64,000 nucleotides of DNA from Takakia lepidozioides (lineage: Eukaryota; Plantae; Bryophyta). Shown one piece after another: positions 58,776 to 64,000 of the stretch. Where the stretch lies: assembly GCA_030704615.1 (NCBI GenBank), contig CM060733.1, positions 34,100,001 to 34,164,000 on the forward strand, in the 5' to 3' direction. The notes under the pieces were generated by a model. It did no database searches. It saw only the letters and a program-made list of their open reading frames with translations, and was not told the origin of the DNA. A program made the translations under genes and the position numbers. Position 1 is the stretch's first letter; every line of letters begins with the position of its first letter.

Positions 58776-61019
58776 ATGAGTTGTCATTGCAGCGACTTGT
58801 GGATAACTGATGAGGGGTGGGATGGAATGTGGGTGCAGATCCATCCTAGAGGACCATATTCCAAGCACAAGAGCGCCAATGAGGCACTGTGGAATGAACA
58901 CATGTGGTTGGCAGGGACCGCAAAGTTGTTTGAACCAGGCAATTCAACTATGCTGACTGCTTTTGAAAGAGCGCCAAGAAAAGGTGTCCACAAGAACTCT
59001 TCCGGCAGTGGTGTGGATCTGAGGACAGCATGTAAGGCAGGACAACTGAAAGAGGCGCTGCACATTTTGACCCAAAGAGGCATTTCAGCAGACTACACTT
59101 CTTATGTCTATCTCTTGCAGGAGTGCATTAAGATGAAAAGTCTAGCAGAGGGGAAGCAGGTGCATGCCCACATTGTCCAAAATGGATTCAAGCCAAACAT
59201 CTTTCTGCACAACACTCTTGTTAACATGTATGCAAAGTGTGGGGATGTGGTTGATGCACGTCTAGTGTTTGACACAATGCCTGAACGAGATATGGTTACA
59301 TGGAATACTTTGATGGCAGGATATGCACAGCATGGGTGTGGCAGGGAGGCTTTTAAGATCTACGAGCAAATGATACGGGAAGGGGTGATGCCCGACAGAG
59401 TCACGTTCATTTGCATTCTCAAGGCATGTGCCAGCCTGGCATCCCTGGACAAAGGCAAAGAAGTCCACTCTCACATTATAAAAGCTGGAATTGTGCCAGA
59501 TATAATTCTAGAGACTGCCCTTGCTAACATGTATGCCAAATGTGGAAACATGAAGGATGCACGTAGAGTATTTGACAATATGGCTCGACAAAATGTGGTC
59601 TCATGGAATGCGATGATTGCAGGATATACTCAGCATGGGTGTGGTAGGGAGGCTTTGGAGACCTATGAGCATATGATACATGAAGGAATGATGCCCAACC
59701 AGGTCACATATGCTTGCATTCTCAATGCGTATGCCAAATGTGGTAACCTGAAGGCTGCTCGCCAAGTGTTTGACAGAATGGCTGAACGAGATGTGGTCTC
59801 ATGGAACGCAATGATCACAGGATATGTGCAGCATGGGTGTGGTATGGAGGCCCTGAAATTATTTGAACTAATGCAACAGGAAGGGTTGATGCCAAATCGT
59901 ATCACATTGATTTGCATTCTCAAGGCTTGTGCCAGCCTGTCAGCCCTGGAGAAGGGCAAACAGATGTATGTTCGCATCACCACAGCTGGAATTGCACCAG
60001 ATGTCATTCTGGAGACTACCCTTGTTGACATGTGTGCAAAATGTGGGAACATAAAGGATGCACGCGAAGTGTTTAATAATATGATTAACCGAGATTTGGT
60101 TTCATGGAATGCAATGATTGCAGGATATGCTCAGCATGGATACGGTGTGGAAGCCCTGCAACTATTTGAACAAATGCAACATGAAGGGTTGAAACCAAAT
60201 GGTGTCACCTTTATATGTGTCCTCTCTGCATGTAGCCATGTGGGCCTAGTGGATGAAGGCTGTCACTACTTTGATTCCATCAGTCGATCATGTGGCCTCT
60301 CGCCTACAGTGGGACATTTTGGTTGCATGGTGGACCTTCTTGGCCGTGCAGGGCAATTGGATGAGGCAGAGGAATTCATAAAGAAAATGCCAACTGCACC
60401 GGATGCTTCTGTGTGGCGGGCCCTACTTGGTGCCTGCAGAATTCATGGCAACTTAGAGGTGGCGGAACGTGCAGCAAAATGCCTTCTCAATTCGGATCCT
60501 CAGGACGCTGCAACTTATGTTCTGTTATCAAACATCTATGCTGCCGCTGGCAGATGGGACGATACTGCAAAGGTGAGAAAAATGATGGAGGTCAAAGGTG
60601 TCGGAAAGGAGCCGGGCCGCTGCTGCATTGAGGTTGACAGTCAGGTGCATACATTCGTTGTCGATGACAAATTGCATCCTCAAACTGAGGAAATCCATGC
60701 TGAGCTGAAGAGGATGTCTGGGTGGATGCAGAAGGCTGGGTACAGGCCTGACACACGCTTTATATTGCATGATGTAGAGGAGGAGCAAAAGGAAGTTTCT
60801 CTTTGCCACCACAGTGAGAAGCTGGCCATTGCTTTTGGTCTCATTAGCACAGCCCCTAGGACACCTCTCTGTCTCATAAAGAACCTTCGGGTTTGTGGTG
60901 ACTGCCACACAGCCACCAAGTTCATCTCAAAGATTTCTGGGCGAACAATTGTTGTGCGGGATGGCAACCGCTTTCACCACTTCCAAGATGGGGTTTGTTC
61001 TTGTGGGGATTACTGGTGA
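58776..61019 (+). CDS. PLS-class pentatricopeptide repeat protein with E and DYW deaminase domains (organellar C-to-U editing factor)
   Basis: Intact 747-aa ORF with P-L-S repeats, PG box (PGRCCIE), HSEKLA, CGDCH and terminal DYW. Confidence 0.96.
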   Translation: MSCHCSDLWITDEGWDGMWVQIHPRGPYSKHKSANEALWNEHMWLAGTAKLFEPGNSTMLTAFERAPRKGVHKNSSGSGVDLRTACKAGQLKEALHILTQRGISADYTSYVYLLQECIKMKSLAEGKQVHAHIVQNGFKPNIFLHNTLVNMYAKCGDVVDARLVFDTMPERDMVTWNTLMAGYAQHGCGREAFKIYEQMIREGVMPDRVTFICILKACASLASLDKGKEVHSHIIKAGIVPDIILETALANMYAKCGNMKDARRVFDNMARQNVVSWNAMIAGYTQHGCGREALETYEHMIHEGMMPNQVTYACILNAYAKCGNLKAARQVFDRMAERDVVSWNAMITGYVQHGCGMEALKLFELMQQEGLMPNRITLICILKACASLSALEKGKQMYVRITTAGIAPDVILETTLVDMCAKCGNIKDAREVFNNMINRDLVSWNAMIAGYAQHGYGVEALQLFEQMQHEGLKPNGVTFICVLSACSHVGLVDEGCHYFDSISRSCGLSPTVGHFGCMVDLLGRAGQLDEAEEFIKKMPTAPDASVWRALLGACRIHGNLEVAERAAKCLLNSDPQDAATYVLLSNIYAAAGRWDDTAKVRKMMEVKGVGKEPGRCCIEVDSQVHTFVVDDKLHPQTEEIHAELKRMSGWMQKAGYRPDTRFILHDVEEEQKEVSLCHHSEKLAIAFGLISTAPRTPLCLIKNLRVCGDCHTATKFISKISGRTIVVRDGNRFHHFQDGVCSCGDYW

Positions 61020-62349
61020 AACGAGCAACTTCCATTGAAGAAAATGTATTGATCGAAATATGAGGGTGGAAAGGTAATAATTTGTCCCTCTCTCGTGAGG
61101 AAAGAGTGGAGGTAGAAAGAAACAACCTGTGTTGAATGTGACAGACAGTGTTGCATTTTCTGTCAGATTTATCCTATGCTGCTTTGTATTTCAAATTTAA
61201 TTGCAACAGTGAAGTGACAGAGGCCCTTACTGCAGAGGAGTTGTTGACAGGGCCTGGAGAAGAAAGTTTACACCCAAAAGGGTGGACGAAAAGGAGCCCA
61301 AGAGACCTGAAGACTGGTTTAGAGTGTGTTGCAGGGAGTGGCGACCAAGTTTTATGGAGTGGGTTGCAGGGATGGATGGACACATCATTACTGATGCCTG
61401 ATGGGTTATTATTGTGATATTTACCCAGACAATTTCGGATGCAGAAGGGATGTCACTCAATCTTCAGCTTAAGCCATGAGGAGGGTGAATCTCACAGACA
61501 AGCTCAGTTCACCTGTGCTCATGCATCCACACCAATATGTTTTAGAAGCCCTCCCACATTGGGAGTGTGTTCTGGACCTTGGGCTGCTGGACTGCACCTG
61601 CCACTCAGTAGCAGCAGCTGTGGCTTTGGGAGCCTGAACTTCAAAACATATGACATTTGCTCTGCAATTATTCAAAGGAAGAACAAAGGGGGCCTGGTTT
61701 GTCTGAGCCAACCTTGGGCAGTTTTGGAGAATAACCCTCCAGCAGATACCACAAGAGACGACTCACCCTTACTGTCATGGTGTTTCTATATTCCAAAGCT
61801 GCCTAGGCCAGTTGGGTGGCGAGAACTATGTGCAATGCTCATTATGTGGGGTGTTGAAGACAGCATAGCCATAGTGAAGAAGGTTGATTTCTGTGTCTCT
61901 GCCTTAAATATCTGCCACGTAGATCAGCTTGTTTTTACAGGGTTGGTAGTCTCCACCGGTGAGGCGACACTAACTACAATGTTCATGAGGAAGATGGAGC
62001 TGGCCGAATTCGTTATCTACACATTGGGAATTCTCAACTCTGCAATTTTCTCTAAAACGTGCTCCACAGCCGTTGTAGGATCAATGCAATGTCCTTTTGG
62101 GCAAGTGGACAACAGGTTCTTCTCAGGGCTTGCCCATAGCCTATGGAAATTCAGCTGCAAACCCAAGTTTGGAATTTGCAGAGAGAAATTGATGGTGGCT
62201 TCTCAGTCTTGACTCTGTTTAGCTCCCAATTCAAGCACAAGGGGATTTACTTGCAAGGCCCCGTTCACTTCATATTGTGCATACCTCAGTGAGTCAATAA
62301 ATTAGCAGCTATGCTGCAGTGATGCATACCATTTGTAAATGCAATGCTT

Positions 62350-62740
62350 GTCTTCGTTGTCATTTTTGCCACAGCTAGACAGACCAAGAACCTTCAACTT
62401 CTCCTAAGGTCAGGTAGCTGGATCTAATGCGAACAGTCGTGAGACATCAGGTTTAGCAGGTCGCCTACACCTTGGAGCTCACTAAAAGCAACGTCTCAGG
62501 TGGAGGCGGTAAAATTAACCAGGCCTGTGAGCTCTTTCACAGATGGACATTGGACAATCCAGCACAAACAATTCCTGGAAGTTTGAGAAGGACCTAGACC
62601 TCTTTGACCTTGGGGCACCTCTCCACAAGGAACTTCCGGAGGGTAGTCAACTGATCCAACGTAGGATGCTCACTTACAGCTTCGTGCACTTGTGAAGCTT
62701 TGATTTCGAATTACTAGAATTCCAGCGCCGCAAAGAACAT
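62350..62740 (-). pseudogene. Leucine-rich-repeat fragment (decayed)
   Basis: Minus-strand LDQLTT...FLVERCPKV, LQGVGDLLNL and IQLPDL pieces with stops. Confidence 0.3.
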
Positions 62741-63315
62741 ACAAAGTATCTATGGAACACCAAGCCTCAGGAAAACACCTAAAACAGAGAATTGTATTGT
62801 GGTTTTATGGGCCCATGGTCTAGTATGCTGTCACTCAGAAGGTTCGTCACCGAAATGTGCAGGGGATCAGGAAAAGCAATATTTCAATAGCGTCACGGAG
62901 TATCGATCTGTTGCATAGCCTCGAAATCCGCTTTCACGTTGGCAGCCATGCTCGAGCTACAACGCCCTACAGTGAACGCAGAGGAATCGATATCTGCAGC
63001 CCTCCACATTTCGCTAACCTTCATGAAGCTCACTGCAGTGAACACACTCTACCTTCACGCAATTGCTTTCTTCTTCCACTTACTTCTCTCATTATTTTCA
63101 CAGCTGCACCCGCCCCGTCAATGGGCCGGGTAGAATTTTGTCCTCTGCATTATTCGATCGCCCTGCACGGCCAAGAAGATCTACTATGCAGCCGAAATGC
63201 CTCAATGTTGGAGTGAGGCCATACACTCGTCTCATGCATTAAAAGTACTGATGGCCTTCATCCGCAAGGTCCACATAGCTAAGTTGCAAGGTTGCAATTT
63301 TTCCACCCATGTAGG

Positions 63316-64000
63316 ATGGCAGGATTGAACCTGGCACAGATTTTTATTGGACACCAGACTGGCAGCAGGGGTCGCACCTCCATTGTGGCAACTGCATTTC
63401 AAACAGGACCGAGAGAGGGAGCCCACAAGAACTCTTCTGGCACTTGTGGGAATGTGACATTATGCAAACCAGGACGATTGAAAGCGGCATTGCACATTTT
63501 GAACAAAAGAGGCATTCAAGCAGACTCCCGTACTTATGTCCGGGTCTTGCAGGAGTGCATCAACATGAAAAACTTAGCAGAGGGAAAGCAGGTGCATGCT
63601 CACATTATTCAAAGTGGATTCAAGCCGGACAACTTTCTGCTCAACACCCTTGTCAACATGTATGTCAAGTGTGGGAGTGTCAGGGACGCCCGCCAAGTGT
63701 TTGACAAAATGCCACAACGAGATATGTTTGCCTGGACTATAATGATATCAGGATATGCCAAGCGCGGGTGTGGTTGGGAGGCTATCAAACTCTATGAACA
63801 AATGCAACGGGCAGGGGTGACACCCGATAAGGTCACATTTATTTGCATTCTCAATGCTGCTGCCAGTTTAGGAGCTCTGGAAGAGGGGCGACAAATACAT
63901 GTGGCCATCATCAAAGCTGGAATTGCACCAGATATCATTCTGGAGACTGCCCTTGCTGACATGTATGCCAAATGTGGTAGTCTGGAGGTTGCACGTCAAG
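63316..64000 (+). CDS. Second PLS-class PPR protein (paralog; runs off the window end)
   Basis: Open frame from ATG 63316: ...HKNSSG...LHILNKRGIQADSRTYVRVLQEC...NTLVNMYVKCGSVRDARQVFDKM, highly similar to the 58776 ORF. Absent from the ORF track because there is no stop in the window. Confidence 0.9.
   Translation, partial: MAGLNLAQIFIGHQTGSRGRTSIVATAFQTGPREGAHKNSSGTCGNVTLCKPGRLKAALHILNKRGIQADSRTYVRVLQECINMKNLAEGKQVHAHIIQSGFKPDNFLLNTLVNMYVKCGSVRDARQVFDKMPQRDMFAWTIMISGYAKRGCGWEAIKLYEQMQRAGVTPDKVTFICILNAAASLGALEEGRQIHVAIIKAGIAPDIILETALADMYAKCGSLEVARQ

Noticed and set aside
61439-62212. 257-aa ORF between the PPR genes
   Set aside because: No recognisable motifs; it lies next to a decayed minus-strand remnant.

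Overview
Eukaryotic, intron-containing plant DNA. A PLS-DYW PPR gene, a TBL gene, a Hedgehog-type Hint gene and a two-cNMP-domain gene together suggest a seed-free land plant, probably a bryophyte (inference). Layout: (1) 1-11.8 kb, a Ty3/Gypsy LTR retrotransposon with frameshifted gag-pol, an intact ~1180-aa extra ORF, a PPT and the 3' LTR. (2) 11.8-15.1 kb, a degraded retroelement-like remnant. (3) 15.1-31.8 kb, a multi-exon gene with three degenerate FCP1/NIF-like HAD domains; one intron holds an 11.4-kb Mutator-like DNA transposon (18271-29668, 10-bp TSD AAATTACTTA). (4) 32-34.9 kb, a non-autonomous Helitron-like/satellite cluster. (5) 35-64 kb, a Hog/Hint pseudogene, a TBL gene, a cNMP-binding gene with an intronic LINE, and two tandem PPR genes. 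The most interesting system is the Mutator-like element. Besides its GCM/WRKY-like Zn finger-DDE-SWIM transposase it carries spliced exons for a ParB/Srx-like domain (WDGNHR) and for a prokaryotic-type beta-class N6A/N4C DNA methyltransferase fold. The two halves lie on opposite strands. The ParB half is bracketed by inverted repeats containing 22-28-bp palindromes with a 2-bp asymmetric core, and flipping it would join phase-compatible splice sites into one ParB-MTase fusion gene. This copy is decayed (stops and frameshifts). All domain calls come from motif recognition by eye; no database search was run.
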